Source of the DNA: Amoeboaphelidium protococcarum X5
Taxonomy: Eukaryota > Fungi > Aphelidiomycota
NCBI GenBank assembly: GCA_023515725.1
Contig: JALDTO010000057.1
Location: 62,001-126,000 of the forward strand
DNA length: 64,000 nucleotides
Direction of reading: 5' to 3'
The notes below the pieces were generated by a model. The model ran no database searches, was not told the DNA's origin, and was given only the letters and a program-made list of their open reading frames with translations. Below, in pieces: positions 1 through 12,279 of the stretch; position 1 is the stretch's first letter, and each line of letters opens with the position of its first letter. Position numbers and translations under genes: made by a program.

Positions 1-1
1 C

Positions 2-826
2 TCTTTTGGAGGTCCAGTAGGAGCTTAAGATGGAGGAGTCGGAGTAGCATTTCCTTTTCCAGGGCCATCAGCAGGTATTATCGATCGAGTGGGTATCGTG
101 AAAGAAGGCTTGGTGAATACTTTTGCTGCTTTTGGTATAGAAACCTTTGAGATTTATAATTTCCCCTCTCCTCCTTATGATTTCAGGCGGATTTAGAATG
201 GTAAATAGTCGGAAGATGTGGGCAAATCATCCGTATCTGGATTTGATGGACGGAAGCAGTGGCATGTTGGCGTGTTTGGATCTCATTGGATTCATAAAAA
301 TGTTCTGGTGCAGATTGTGGCCTTGTGCCAGTTTGACTATGTCATTATACATGTTCTGAAGAAGCCCAGTATCTCCTATCTCTAACACTGCCGCGCGTAT
401 ATAGTAGAGCATGGGGATTCAATACCACATTATAAATTTGTCGAGCTAATTCGAAGAATGGATGTCACCATGTACGTGTCGCTGACTGAAGGATTTCCCA
501 TGACTGTGTTGGAATCTATCAGTGTTGGCGTACCGGCGTTGACTAGTGCCACAAGCGCAATCTACTCTCTTGATCCGTATCTCCATGATGCTTTGGTTGT
601 TAATGAGGCTGACAGTCCTGACTTTATCGCTCTGAAAGTTTAGAAAGTTTTTGAGAATTACTCCACAATTACTTAGAAAATTTGTATACTCGTTCCTAAA
701 ATTCATACCAGAGCGTAGTAGTTGATGGACTCATTCATTGGTAATAAACCTTTATCAAAACTGGCTGCCATTGGTGAGAAGGAGACTCGGTCCAGATGCT
801 TAAGCTCTGCCACTTCTAAATGTTGA
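2..826 (+). CDS. GT-B fold glycosyltransferase (family 4-like), 5'-truncated by window edge
   Basis: Frame open from 2 to TGA 824-826 under code 6; GT4-type motif YVSLTEGFPMTVLESISVGVPALTS. Confidence 0.75.
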
Positions 827-1177
827 TGTCGTTTATAGTCTTTTGAAAAATACTATTATTATTTGATTATTTGTTATTGTTATACTCGACTGTATTCATT
901 TTAATGTATTTTGTTGGTTCTTAAGCATTGAGTTTTGGAAAGAGCAACTAAATGAGGTAATGATATCATGAGGGTAACACGCGTTGTCACGCTTGGCTGA
1001 GATTGAAATTTTGGAACGATCACACGACAAGGAGAACAAAACTTAGCCACTCGGAAACGGTATATTGAGGGTTGGTTAGCAGCTTTAATTTAAAAATTTT
1101 TCTATTTCTTGGCATCTCATTCTCTATATCCACACCCTTTGTGTTTAGCTATTAAAGCGGCAGTGCTGGGCAGTTCG

Positions 1178-2041
1178 ATGTCGGCAGTCTAAATATAACC
1201 TTCCGTCTCTAATGCTGTTGTGCTGGCCGCGGCTCTCGGTGATGAGCTCGATCAGCCAATGATGCATCAGTATCATCAAATCAAAGATTTCGCTCGAGAT
1301 ACTCATAAATAGACTTTTGATACTGCGGCGGTTGTTGTCGATAAAGCTGGACTACCAGACTTGAGTAGTAGTAATAGTAATAGCGTCGGAGACTGTCTGG
1401 CGGATAAGATGCGCATTAATCCTGGAGCAGTCAATGGGGAATCACGCATAACTGAGGAAATGATCTCGCTCATACACGTAACCACTCAATCTGTCATTCC
1501 AATCTAACATGGCTCGTAATCCCCTCTCAAGCGCGTCCCTCTCCTCAAAGAATATATCAAAGATTTGCTCTTAAAGTCTGGCATTACCTCGAAATTGATT
1601 GGCGTTATCTATATCTACTTATGTAAAGTCAAGGCTGCTCTTCCTCTCACCGCCAAAGGTCTTCCCTGCACTCCTCATCGTCTATTCACTGCAGCTCTTG
1701 TACTTGCGTGGAAGTTCACTTCTGATCATGGAATTAAGAATCTGCACTGGTCCCGGGTATCTGGTATATTTTGTGTCTCTGAGATCAATCTGATTGAAAG
1801 ACAATTTCTATCATTGCTGCAGTATCGTCTCTCTGTCTCTGATGGTGAATACTACGATTACTTGTCCCAATTGGATCGATACAATGACGCATTACGTGGA
1901 TCTTTCAAGTCTCTACCTTTGTCTGCAATGCTTCTCGCTTCATCCAGCCGTGAAGACCAGAGTATGAGTGATAATGTGTCCGTTGTGTCGTCAGAGTCTT
2001 TGATTTCAGTGCCAGACATGATCGACTCTAATAGCAGGTGA
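1178..2041 (+). CDS. Pho85-type cyclin (Pcl/Pho80-like)
   Basis: Cyclin box HRLFTAALVLAWKFTSDHGIKNLHWSRVSGIFCVSEINLIERQFLSLLQYRL; frame extends upstream through TAA/TAG to ATG 1178. Confidence 0.85.
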
Positions 2042-2164
2042 GTCTGTCTACCATTAATCGGGTGATTAGAAAGTTGCTTTTTTGGTAATTAAAGTAAGAA
2101 GACTTCGTGATAAAGGTAATATATAGAATAGATTTGCATTTCTTTGAAAAGTCATAGTCCATTT

Positions 2165-3520
2165 TCATGACTAATCATACTTTTTAATGTCATCCATGGA
2201 CCAGTATCTACCCTTGTTATCCTCTCCACAAGTGAGCACTCCAGTATCAGCAATTGAACTAACAACGCTGTTTATAGCACCACCATGAGTACTAAACTTG
2301 TCCACCACCTGACCAGTCCTGCTACACCATGCAACCAAAGTATTCGTCTTTTCACAGCCACTCAGCACGTAATCTTCGGTTAATGCAGAAAATGAAGCGC
2401 CAATAAGAACATTCTTCTGTGTCGCGCCAATGTACACCTACGCCGGCTTACCAGACGTGATATCCCACACCTTGGGTACAGAGTCTTTGCCAGAGGTGAG
2501 CAGGTATCGCGATGTCTTACAAAACTGAACTGATGCCACATCATGACCACCATGTGCAGCCTGGATATGTCTAATCAAACGACCATTAGTGGCATCAAAT
2601 ATCTTGACAGCACCATCATACCCACAAGTCGCATACATTCTTCCATCGCCATTATACCTGACCATACGTACACCGCCAACGTGCTATTCACTGTCCTCAA
2701 TAGCAGAGGTAAAGCACTAGCCTGTGATCACATTGTACATGCGCACGGGACTATCATGCTATGTGCCAGCCAAAATGTATTCTCCAGTAGGATGAAAGCT
2801 TATAGACTTCACCGGAAACGAGTCTTCATACGTCCTGAATGCACGCTTATTGGTCACTTTCTGCAAGTCATAGAAGCGCAGAGTCTTATCATCAGAAGCG
2901 GTGGCTAAAATTCGCGTATTTGGATGGAAACATACATCATTCACCTCGGCAGTGTGTTCATACAGAGTGCGTATAGTGGGCTTAGTCTCCTCCGTGCCAC
3001 CATCTCCAATTGTGGATCTAATCTTCATCTTTTCGACATCCAGTACTTTGATGGAGCAATCAGCAGATCCCGTGGCGACATAACGTCCATCTATGGAAAA
3101 TGAGGCCGTCTTTACAGGAGATTTGTGAACTGTAGTAAAAATCATTTATAAAGGAGGAGATTTGCACGCAGTAGATGGACGTTTACTCAGATCGATAATA
3201 CACTCTCCCAACCTCTCCTTTATCTATTGTTCATTGTACTTGGTAGATAGATCAACAGCAGTGGCGGATACCTTTGCAGATTATTAACCAGCGTCCTTGT
3301 CCCCGCCTGATGCATCTTTATTATTATCAGATAGTGTGCTACCATTCACCGACATAGTATCCATCTTGTATGACGCGTCTTGTATTAATTCCGCCAGAGT
3401 ATTAGCAGGCTAAAATTCCATAGGCTTATCTAGAGTCTCCGCTACAGTAGAAGCCAGACCATTCATCTCATAGTATTGCAACTACTTGACTATCATTTAC
3501 AGAATCTCCTACTTATCCAT
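2165..3520 (-). CDS. CSTF1: Cleavage stimulation factor 50 kDa subunit (WD40)
   Basis: N-terminal dimerisation segment MDKQEILQMIVKQLQYYEM; WD repeats ATGSADCSIKVLDVEKM, IRTLYEHTAEVNDVCFHP, YLLTSGKDS. Three annotated ORFs join in one frame at TAA/TAG. Confidence 0.9.
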
Positions 3521-3715
3521 TTCTGTTATTATGTCTTATATTTATTTAATTAAAATGGAATCAATTTATAATGTTTTTTTGCGTGAAAAGAAGAAAGAAG
3601 TTAAAGGACGGCCATTTGAATTTTAATCATCTGCTTATCAATTAACCTCCATTGAATGGAAACCAAAATGTAACAACAACAAAAAATCTAATCTTCATAA
3701 ATTCAAAAAATGCAG

Positions 3716-4342
3716 TCATTCAAACAGCCATAATCTCGGATAATTTCTACAGAGTAAAAAAGTTAATTATATATCACGTATAAGGCGTATGAATTAGGGA
3801 TAACTTACCGATGATTCGATCGCCCGGATGAGATTGTCTGAATGCTTGAAGGACGCCACTTTGAAGAAGGCTTCAAACAGAAATAGAGCAATTAGGAGCA
3901 GCAGAATCAAATGGAAACCACCACTCATCTCAACCACAAAACTTATTGTCGTGATCAATGAGATGCAGTCAATAACCAGTGATGCGATTGTCAGCTTCTT
4001 GTACAACACGAGACCTTTGACGCGTTGCATATCTTGACACAGGTAGCCGAGCATCAGCAGAATCATATCATGAGCGGATGGCTCCAGTGCCGCGCCTACA
4101 ACACTCTCAAACGTATATAACACTATATTGAGTACGACCAGGATAGCCAAGGTTATTTTGAAATGGCCAGATATTCTCAAGACTTCAAGCGAGGCAAAAT
4201 CATGACGCGCATTGCTGCTGTTGATGTTAGTTGATGTTTCAACTACTGGCACTGATTATCGCACGGATTAAGAGGATTGTGTGTTTTAACTCAGCAAAGG
4301 TGAATTATTCTCATCTTACTACGATTACTATTGAGGTGACAT
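3716..4342 (-). CDS. Hypothetical multi-pass membrane protein
   Basis: Q/S-rich N-terminus from ATG 4342 followed by ~4 hydrophobic segments; 3' end uncertain (first TGA at 3716). Confidence 0.6.
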
Positions 4343-4486
4343 ATTCTTACCCTTGACTAAGGATAATTATCAGCTATTATTACTGAATTGATGGTGTGAA
4401 TGAAAAGAGAAAGACCAAATCTATAAATACGTAAACTGGAATTACAGTCTCATAGTAGGCAAGCATCATTTCACGCCAATCAAATC

Positions 4487-5392
4487 TCAAAGTTCACATT
4501 CAATATTGACACCAAATAAAACTTTACTCCATTGCTCTGATATCAATCCAAGAGACATTTTAAACTAAGGATTCAGTCGCGTCTCGTATCCCATAGATAA
4601 GCCCGTCTGAGTATCCAGTCGGAGTAATAAAGACGCAGGACTTTATAATGATGATGGTGATATTTTCGCCTTCTATAAATCAAACTCTTAATCAACCGTA
4701 AGAGATGGTGTGTATTAGAGGCCAACAGCAAACGAGCTTTCAAAGGAGTAAACATTGAATTCAAATAATGTACTGAGAGTTAATGCATCCTTTAGCGCAG
4801 ACTATGAGAGCTGTAAAGACAAATGTCCCAACAGTGGATTTAGCTCAACAAAATTTCCCAAAGATCGGTCAGTGAGCTTCATTGAGAGTCCAAAGCCTTC
4901 CCTCCGTACGTGATAGAATTCGAAGTTGTACTTTAAATCATACTGAGATGAGAATAGATTACGCAAGTAATATCCATATCGAACTAATGAGAGTTTCCCA
5001 TCTGAAGCCATCTCTGCGGAATGGTGACCATTATCAAACTGTACACTTGACATTGCATTGAGCCAAAACTTGTCGCTACTAGCATTCACAGACTGCAGTT
5101 TGATATTCGCGTTCGTATATGCGTTGATGGCGTACTTGATGTCCACGTCCAGTTACTCATCAACCAAGAACTTGGAATCCACGGTCCATCGGCCAGATTT
5201 AGGTGTAAATAGCGACTTTACAAACATTCTGTTATAGCCCAAATAGTACCCATAGCTCATCTTTAAAACATCTGACGGCCTCCAACTGACTGACAGAGTT
5301 GTGAACACTGATTGATTCAAATCCCATCCATACCTCTCGAACGGCTCCCTTTCTAACAAATTACTATGTCCAGAATATGTACTCTTTTACAT
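4487..5392 (-). CDS. MDM10: Mitochondrial distribution and morphology protein 10 (ERMES/SAM beta-barrel), divergent
   Basis: Motifs ELNPLLGHLSLQLS and TLFEFNVYSFESSFAVGL match Mdm10 signatures (NPLMG.LS; RFDFNVYSYES); one frame to TGA 4487; start uncertain. Confidence 0.7.
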
Positions 5393-5720
5393 AATGTATT
5401 TATTGTACCTTTCAGGTGATAATCCAGAAATTACTCGTAACTAATTTACTGTGTTAGTTGTGTTATATCGCGCCGACCTGTTCCGTTATTACCGGCCTGT
5501 CCTGTGAAGAGCGCCGTTGCGTTTCGCTCCACTTTTGTTTCCTCGTCGTTTCGTCCGCCTGACAGCTTTGTTGTTCCTCTTTGTTCCTAGTGTTGTTGTA
5601 CTGCTGACATTGCTTTAACCCAACTTTAGATAAGGTTTTGATATCTTCTGTTTGGATAAATTGCTCATTCTAAATTCAATCTTGTTAACTAAAGCATTAA
5701 CGGTTATACAGTTTTGAAAT

Positions 5721-6791
5721 ATGGCATCCACTGTAACAACTTCCCATCCGTAGTCTTATATTGGATTCGATACTCTGGTGAAGTAGATTGAGAAAAAGAT
5801 TGTGTCCAGAGGATTTCACTTTAACATTATGCTAGTCGGGTAGAGTGGACTTGGAAAAAGCACCTTTGTTAATTCTCTGTTCAATACTCATTTGGTTGAT
5901 CCTGCCGTTGGTGGAGTTTTGCAGTAGAATCCTTCAAATCTTGATGCCGCCACTGGTGCTGGAGATGTTGGTCGTCAGCGTGCGTCTTCGTATTCCACCT
6001 ATGGCAACCTGAACCCAACTAAAGGTCCAACAACTGATATTAGATGTTCATCATTCCAGGTTCATGATTAGAAGCTGAGAATGAAGTTGAATGTGATTGA
6101 TACTCCTGGTTTCGGTTCTTCTCTAAATAATGAACACTGCTGGGAACCTCTATGTCGTTACATCAAGGATCAATATGCTGTGTACCTGCGCAAAGAGCTA
6201 AGTCCGAGCAGAGACGTGAAAAAAGTTGTGGATACCCGTGTGCATTGTGTGCTGTACTTTATTTTCCCGTCCGGACATTCCCTGCGCCCAATCGATATCA
6301 CGGTGATGAAGAAGCTGTCTGAGATTAGTAACGTGGTGCCCGTGATTGCGAAATCCGATGCGCTGACTGTTCAAGAGCGCGCCGATTTTAAGAAACGCAT
6401 CGCGGAAGAGATCAAGTTTCACCAGATCAACGTTTTCCCGTCGTCTCAATTTGACGATGATGAGGATCCGGAGGAGCAGTCACAGAACGCTGCCGTGCGT
6501 GATATATTACCATTCTGTGTCTCGTCTAGTGAGCATTTGTCATCTATGAATGGCTAAAATGTTCGCACTAGATTTACTCGTTATGGTGCAATAATCAATA
6601 CTGAAGATCCGCTACACTCTGACTTTACGATTTTGAAGAATTTTTTGATCAAGACTCATATGCAGTCTCTGATTGAAGTCACCTCTGTGCACCATTACGA
6701 GCAATTTAGAACTCGCCAGTTGGTTGCTTTGAAGGAGGCTACCAAGACTCAATAGTAATAGCAGCAACAACCTGGCGCCTAGTAATAATGA
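5721..6791 (+). CDS. CDC10: Septin, Cdc10/AspD-like
   Basis: YIGFDTLVKQIEKK, P-loop GQSGLGKST (Q=TAG), DTPGFG, VIAKSD; no C-terminal coiled coil; ends TAG TAA TAA TGA. Confidence 0.88.
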
Positions 6792-6928
6792 AATGTGATT
6801 AAATTGGTTTTTATTACTTTTTGACTGTTTATTTTCTTAGTTTGATTAAAGCTTCTTCCTTTGTTACTGTAGAACGGCTCGACATTTCAAAATTTATGCT
6901 TTGGATAAAGTTGAAATAGTATTATACC

Positions 6929-7387
6929 ATGTAGTAAAACTAAAGCGTGCCATAGTCTAATTAGCAAGCATCTTCTCATAGAAGGCCAGTATGGTCATAA
7001 TAAAATAATGATTACAAGTCAACGGTGCGAAAGAATTTACTATCCAAGTACAAATCTATTCAGTCTGATAAAAAGATCTAGATTCTGCAATAGCGAAGGT
7101 AATTGAATGCTGTTGATTAGGATAGCACTGATGATGATGATCTCACTCTTTATCATAAATTCTAGTTAGAGTGGAAGAGGATATGTGTTGATAATCAGTG
7201 GACGATCGATGATTAATTTGACTTGATCGATGAAGAGCAGTTTATGGCCGAGTTGAATCAGGAAATGGCTGATGATTATTTGAAGCAACTCAATTCCATT
7301 TGCCCTCAGTGTTAATATGAAGATCTTGGCTCAAAATAGGAATGCTCAACTTGTGGATATATCGTGTAATTATAAAACATTAATTGA
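6929..7387 (+). CDS. RPA-interacting protein-like, with C-terminal C4 zinc finger
   Basis: 152-aa code-6 ORF invisible in the ORF track; basic N-terminus, acidic middle, CPQC...CSTC; architecture resembles RPAIN/RIP. Confidence 0.55.
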
Positions 7388-7421
7388 TTATATAAATATG
7401 TATTGTAAATAATTGTTCAAG

Positions 7422-8402
7422 TCACAGCTTACTATGCTACTTGTCACTGGTTGCACTACGCGTGCGGATAAGTCCCTCTTACGCGCAAGTAACAACCAGG
7501 CGGCCGTCTTGTGTATAAATGCGACCAAATACAAGTCCTCTGTTTTGACCAGTCCGTGGTGACTCCATTTCATAAAGCAAATACTCATCGGCACGAAATG
7601 GTGCATGGAACCACATTGAATGGTTCAAAGTTGCCATATACTTTAGTTTGGGATGCAATGAGTTGAGACCATGAGGTAATAAGGCAGTAGTCAGTAGAAT
7701 ATGGTCACTCGCATACGCTACTACTGCTTGATGGAACGTCTGCTTAGAGTCACCCAAATCTCCTTTGGCCCTGATCCATATCATCTGCTGCGGTTCAGTC
7801 TTCTCAGCTTTGACAGACAGCTTTGGACTAACGTGTTTGATCTCAATAGGGATCGGCTGGGTCAGGCGCATACTAATGAGATCGTGATATTTAGACGGTA
7901 TCTGAGGAGTATTCAACCAAATTTTCAATCTGTCTTCTTCGCTCTTGACATCTTGAGGTGGTGGTGCTTGAGGTGGCGGCTTTTAATGTTCCAACTCAAA
8001 AGCCTCAGGTCGCTAGAAGGAAGCTGTCATTATCAAGATGGCGCGTCCATTCTACTTGGCCTCCACTGATCTGGTGATAAAACTCTTGCCATCTCTACTC
8101 TCGGCCACATGAAAAACAATAGGCACTTTAGGATCACCTGGAAGTAGAAAGTGTGAATGAAGTGAATGCACAACAAAAGGGTCAGGTACACTCCTATTGG
8201 CTGCAACGAGTGCTTATCCCAGTACTTGGCCTCCTACATTATCATGTTGTGTGAATGAGATAAACATCCATCAACAATCAATCATACCAAACACTCCATG
8301 ACTTCCGATAGGGACCCATAATTTGTTCTTACTTCTGTACAGATTTACATCAATATCCTCCAATTCCAAAGCATCACCAATTAAAGTTTACAGTTGAGAC
8401 AT
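7422..8402 (-). CDS. ACOT8: Peroxisomal acyl-CoA thioesterase II (ACOT8/Tes1), one intron ~8235-8287
   Basis: GVF/GGQVLGQAL, VHSLHSHFLLPGD, AYASDH, TLNHSMWFH, CAQEGLIR; ends in PTS1 signal SKL-TGA. Confidence 0.92.
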
Positions 8403-8819
8403 GATAATTTCTAGATTATAATAATATACCAATCTCCTCCTACGGCAGCTGTTAAGTTTTTAAAGTGGAGAAGCGTTGAATGAATGAAGAAATGATGCGA
8501 AAACAGGGCCGATCTCCTGTTCGTGCACTTCAGAAAGTTTTATTTTGTTTTTTTGGTTCACTTGATGATGGTCCGCTTGTTTCACAAGTATTTTGATATG
8601 TTATATAGCGTTACAGTATAAATGATTCTCATTGAAACTAAACTTAAATCGAAATATTCTCTCTAAACCCACGTCTTTTCCTCAACTAATAACTTACCTT
8701 ATTTGATTTTACGCTGCTAAATATCATCGTTGCAATCGCTCAAATTGATGACTTGTCTCGTCACTTTAATGTCACTGATATTGTTCTGATTCTACATCTG
8801 TAGCACTAATTGTCTGATT

Positions 8820-9260
8820 ATGTATCCAAGTCAAAGAACGTGCGCTATCCATTCCTGCAAAGTAAAGATTCTAGACTAGACGATACTTCCGATTGCTATC
8901 CGTGTGTTCAGAGTACATCAGAAACTCTGATATCAATGACGCATCGTGACGTGGTCTGATACGATGGTGTTAGTGATTGAATCATTCCTGTTGAAATGAT
9001 GCAAGTTGACGCGTTACTTCTCTTCTTGATAAGAAATTGCAAGGATTGTGATATTGTTTGATAATAGAAAGTTGCATTTACATCTTTGGGTGCGTCCCTA
9101 TTGAAACTGTCTCAGTCTTGGCGCTGGTCATTCCATATATTGTCGCGATATTATCAGTGCTTGCATCGTAATGTCATAGAGTTGTTTTAAAGGAGAAGTA
9201 ACTTTGGTTCCAGTTGACCTGGCGGAGTAGATTATTTGCTTGCAATGTGTGATGTCTGGG
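8820..9260 (+). pseudogene. Fanzor pseudogene fragments (N-terminus and RuvC-III end; core deleted)
   Basis: ATGTATCCAAGTCAAAGAACGTG vs ATGTAGCCAAGCCAAAAACGTG at 23568; RDIISACIVMSQSCFKGEVTLVPVDLAEQ vs RDNVGSYNVMSRSFSKEEVKLVTANQADQ (13/29 identical, ungapped); frameshifts and TGA stops. Confidence 0.75.
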
Positions 9261-9578
9261 TGCATATCTTGCTGAATAATATCGCGCTAATTGCAATGTT
9301 TGGTCGCTATATCAAGAAGTATTTCCGTTTGCTAATCATTATTGTTGCATCATACTGTGATTATCTTTGCGTTTTATTGGGTAAATGGAAGATGGCTGCC
9401 GTGCTTAGTACTGCTATGGAGGCGCTCATTGGTACTGCAGATGTTGAAAGGCTTATGCAATGAGTTTAAGCATGGTGTCAGACTAAACTGGTCAAGGCCA
9501 AGGTGATGGTGTCCAGTTGTAATATCAGGTTGAGTTATGGGCTTTGTTACGTCATTGGAACAATTTGAAGATTGCAGT

Positions 9579-9663
9579 TGCTACTACGGGGATATGTGGG
9601 TACCCCGATGAAAAGATCGCCGGAGCTTTTTTAAAGTGTACGAGTGATTGCTGAACCCACATG
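9579..9663 (+). ncRNA. Putative Fanzor omegaRNA scaffold, copy A (guide would follow: ATCGTGAAATATCTG...)
   Basis: 73/85 nt identical, ungapped, to 25909-25993; CGGGG/CCCCG hairpin whose loop ATGTGGG can pair with terminal CCCACAT. Confidence 0.65.
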
Positions 9664-10035
9664 ATCGTGAAATATCTGTAAAACACGCGCCATATATTAG
9701 GCATTAATACAGACGTCTGAATGGACCTAAAGAGTAGTGAACATGTGTCGAGATATTCTTTACAAAACTGATGTACGTTGTGGCTGATCTATGTTCTGTA
9801 ACTTGTCAGAACCTTTACAACGAGACATAGCAAAGTTCTAATTTCTCCAGCTGATGTGAGTCACGCCGTTTAGTTTTTACTTAACCGATGACAGTCGCGT
9901 ACAAACGTTTTTTAGTTTATTCGTACGTTGCATTTCATACCACAATCGCACTGTTTAGTTATAATCTGTTCTTTGAAGCAACTTTCTTACATAATAATTA
10001 CTGTCACTGCTGATATCTTTGTCCATTCACCTGGT

Positions 10036-10109
10036 GGTTTCGTAGCTCACGCCGGAAGAGCGCAAGCTTAACACGCTTGAGGTACCGAGATCGACACTCG
10101 GCGAAATCA
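10036..10109 (+). tRNA. tRNA-Val (AAC)
   Basis: Acceptor GGTTTCG/CGAAATC-A; anticodon arm CAAGC-TTAACAC-GCTTG; T arm CCGAG-ATCGACA-CTCGG; downstream T-run terminator. Confidence 0.92.
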
Positions 10110-10401
10110 TAATTTTTGGTTATTTACGATCCACAATGTGCTATTTGCAGTGGTTTAGTTGCTTTAATGATACAACGTCTAATGTTTGAGAGGCATGTGC
10201 ACTAAGCGACTTTTTTCCTAAATGAATATGTCACGTATTCCTTCTACTTAGAATCTGCACAATCGTCGACAAATAAAGTGTTTATGGTATGAGTCAAGAC
10301 ATAGTAGACACAAACCATGCAGCCAACTAACAATATAAAATAGCGACTCATGTGATAAATGCCACAATTTGTATGTCAAAAATAACGTATTAAAACTTTA
10401 A

Positions 10402-11592
10402 TCAAACTTCAGGTTCAAAAACTTCTCCGAGCATAAAGGATTGTAACTTCTAATACTAGATCTTGGGTAGCAAATTGCGTTTATACCAAATGACAAATCC
10501 AACGACACTCAACAAAAGACAGCTACAGACTACGGTAAGACCAATAATCCACCCAGTTTTTTTATTCGATGTAGCACTAATCTACTCCAATGTTTCTTCA
10601 AATGCCTTCTTGCCTGATCTTCCTTGGCTCTCAACCTAGGGAAGTTTAAAGTCATCGTATGGAATCATCTAAGACAACTACATTAACGGGTCTTGAGAGT
10701 CATACACTTGAATTTCTAAATGTCTAAATTTCGCGCGATAATCATTATGGTCAACAGCATACACAGCTGGATAATTCTCAGGCATCTCTTTCTCCGCAAG
10801 AGCATTGACGTGATCATATACCATCCTAACTGGTTTAGAGTTAGCATAAGAGTTCCCACGCTCGAAATGACGCTTCACAACACCAAAAGATTTGGGGACA
10901 CCTGACTTCCAAAAATCATCCATCACAGCAACCCACTAGCCATCGCTGTTCTTTTTAACCATAATTTACAGTGCATCTAATTTCAAGAAGACATCACAGA
11001 TATTAGAGTCTCTTTTATACGTTCCATACAGAAATGTCTCGCAAACAAACTCGCAGAGACGTCCTTTCAGCCCGCTCCTGACGCAAGTGCTATTCAACGC
11101 GTCCATTTATACCGTTATTGACCTGCGAAGATCAATAACGTTCTCATAAGAGTCTTTTCCAGTTGAATTGAACGGATCTCTCAGTCTAAATTACGCGATA
11201 GTGTTAGCATCTTCTTAATTCTGCGTTTAGGATACAATGCTAAACGATTAATCGACCTGTGGCGGCTAATCAAAATAAACAAACGTCTCCATGCGTTCTA
11301 CGTTAGGACTTAAATCAGAATATTTAAATTAAATCTGGCTCATATCCGGCGTATGGTAACTGGGTTCAGACTGACCATCAGAATGTTAATCATGATAATA
11401 ACATTCATGGTAAGGCCTTGAGAAGAGTGTATCATAAGGCTAATTATCTCGCATCACAGTCATGACAATTTCACGGCTTGGAAAGCAGCTTTCATTGTAC
11501 TATACTAAAGAATCATGATAAGCAACCAGAATTGGGTCCTGCGCGTATACCAGTCCTTGGAATAGAAGCAACGAGATCAACATTGTGATCAT
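10402..11592 (-). CDS. Uncharacterised type I membrane protein (signal peptide plus C-terminal TM)
   Basis: ~396-aa code-6 frame; signal MITMLISLLLFQGLVYAQD; TM WIIGLTVVCSCLLLSVVGFVIWY followed by KR. Confidence 0.72.
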
Positions 11593-11905
11593 GATTGTTG
11601 TAATATGAAGCTGTAAAAAGGGGGAAATCTGTTAGACGAGTGGGATGTGTCGAAGGTTATTAGAGTTGAGTTCATCAAGGAGTGATCAAGGAGACGCGCC
11701 TCTTTCCCAGAGGACCGATTAACATGACTTTAATGAATATTATGAGTGAATAAAATAGTAATGGAAGCTGTGTCTTCTCTCCAAGCTTGTATGCTCATCC
11801 GGGCTGTGTTTCCCAATCTTCTGGTGTCCTCACTTCTGTGTTCAGTGACCCACCTAACAAAATCGAACCACGATCATTCAAAATTTCATTCATTGATATC
11901 ACTAT

Positions 11906-12136
11906 TCACATAGCCACTTTAACGCCAGCAGTCTTCTCCTTTAGCAACTTGGCTTCATTGCGCTAAAAGTGTGCAGCCTTACACTGATCAATGTTGGCAC
12001 AAGCATGAGCCTCAACAGTGCGGTGACGACTACAGAATGACGAGATACAAAATTTGCAATCACCAACAATTTTCGCAGGCTTGCTCTGACAATCAGCAAA
12101 AGCACACAACTTCTTACTCTTAATCGCGTCAGTCAT
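11906..12136 (-). CDS. Small AN1-type zinc finger protein
   Basis: CAFADCQSKPAKIVGDCKFCISSFCSRHRTVEAHAC; 76 aa. Confidence 0.85.
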
Positions 12137-12279
12137 TAATATATAATTTGCACTTATTATATAGAGATTGAAGGGAAAAAGAGATATATTAATAATGACT
12201 CGCTGATATAGAAAGGATCAATCAGGCTAAATTTAGAAATAACAGATCTATAAAAGGTATCATTATGATCGTCAATCAA

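Larger units (their letters stand above)
8482..9663 (+). mobile_element. Non-autonomous, internally deleted Fanzor element (ghost locus) retaining the putative omegaRNA
   Basis: Colinear similarity to the 23192-25993 locus in five blocks: 8482-8528, ~8743-8792, N-terminal coding remnant from 8820, RuvC-III remnant 9111-9230, and 85-nt 3' block 9579-9663. Confidence 0.75.

Noticed and set aside
9593-9662. Reading the repeated 85-nt block as a box C/D snoRNA (terminal ATGTGGG/CCCACAT stem, CTGA, GAGCTTTTT complementary to 18S AAAAAGCTC)
   Set aside because: C box is degenerate (ATGAAAA), the D box is TTAA in copy B, and the rRNA match is only 9 nt and not next to a D box; both copies lie 3' of Fanzor sequence. 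Not fully excluded without RNA data.
9664-9683. Search for targets of the two putative guides within the window
   Set aside because: Only ~9-nt matches seen by eye (ATCGTGAAA near 95, TTCCCGATC near 52266), expected by chance.
11600-11900. Possible small RNA (CTGA, GTGAGGA boxes on minus strand; CCTCT/AGAGG hairpin) between the AN1 gene and the membrane-protein gene
   Set aside because: No canonical C box, terminal stem or convincing rRNA complement; may be UTR or intron sequence.
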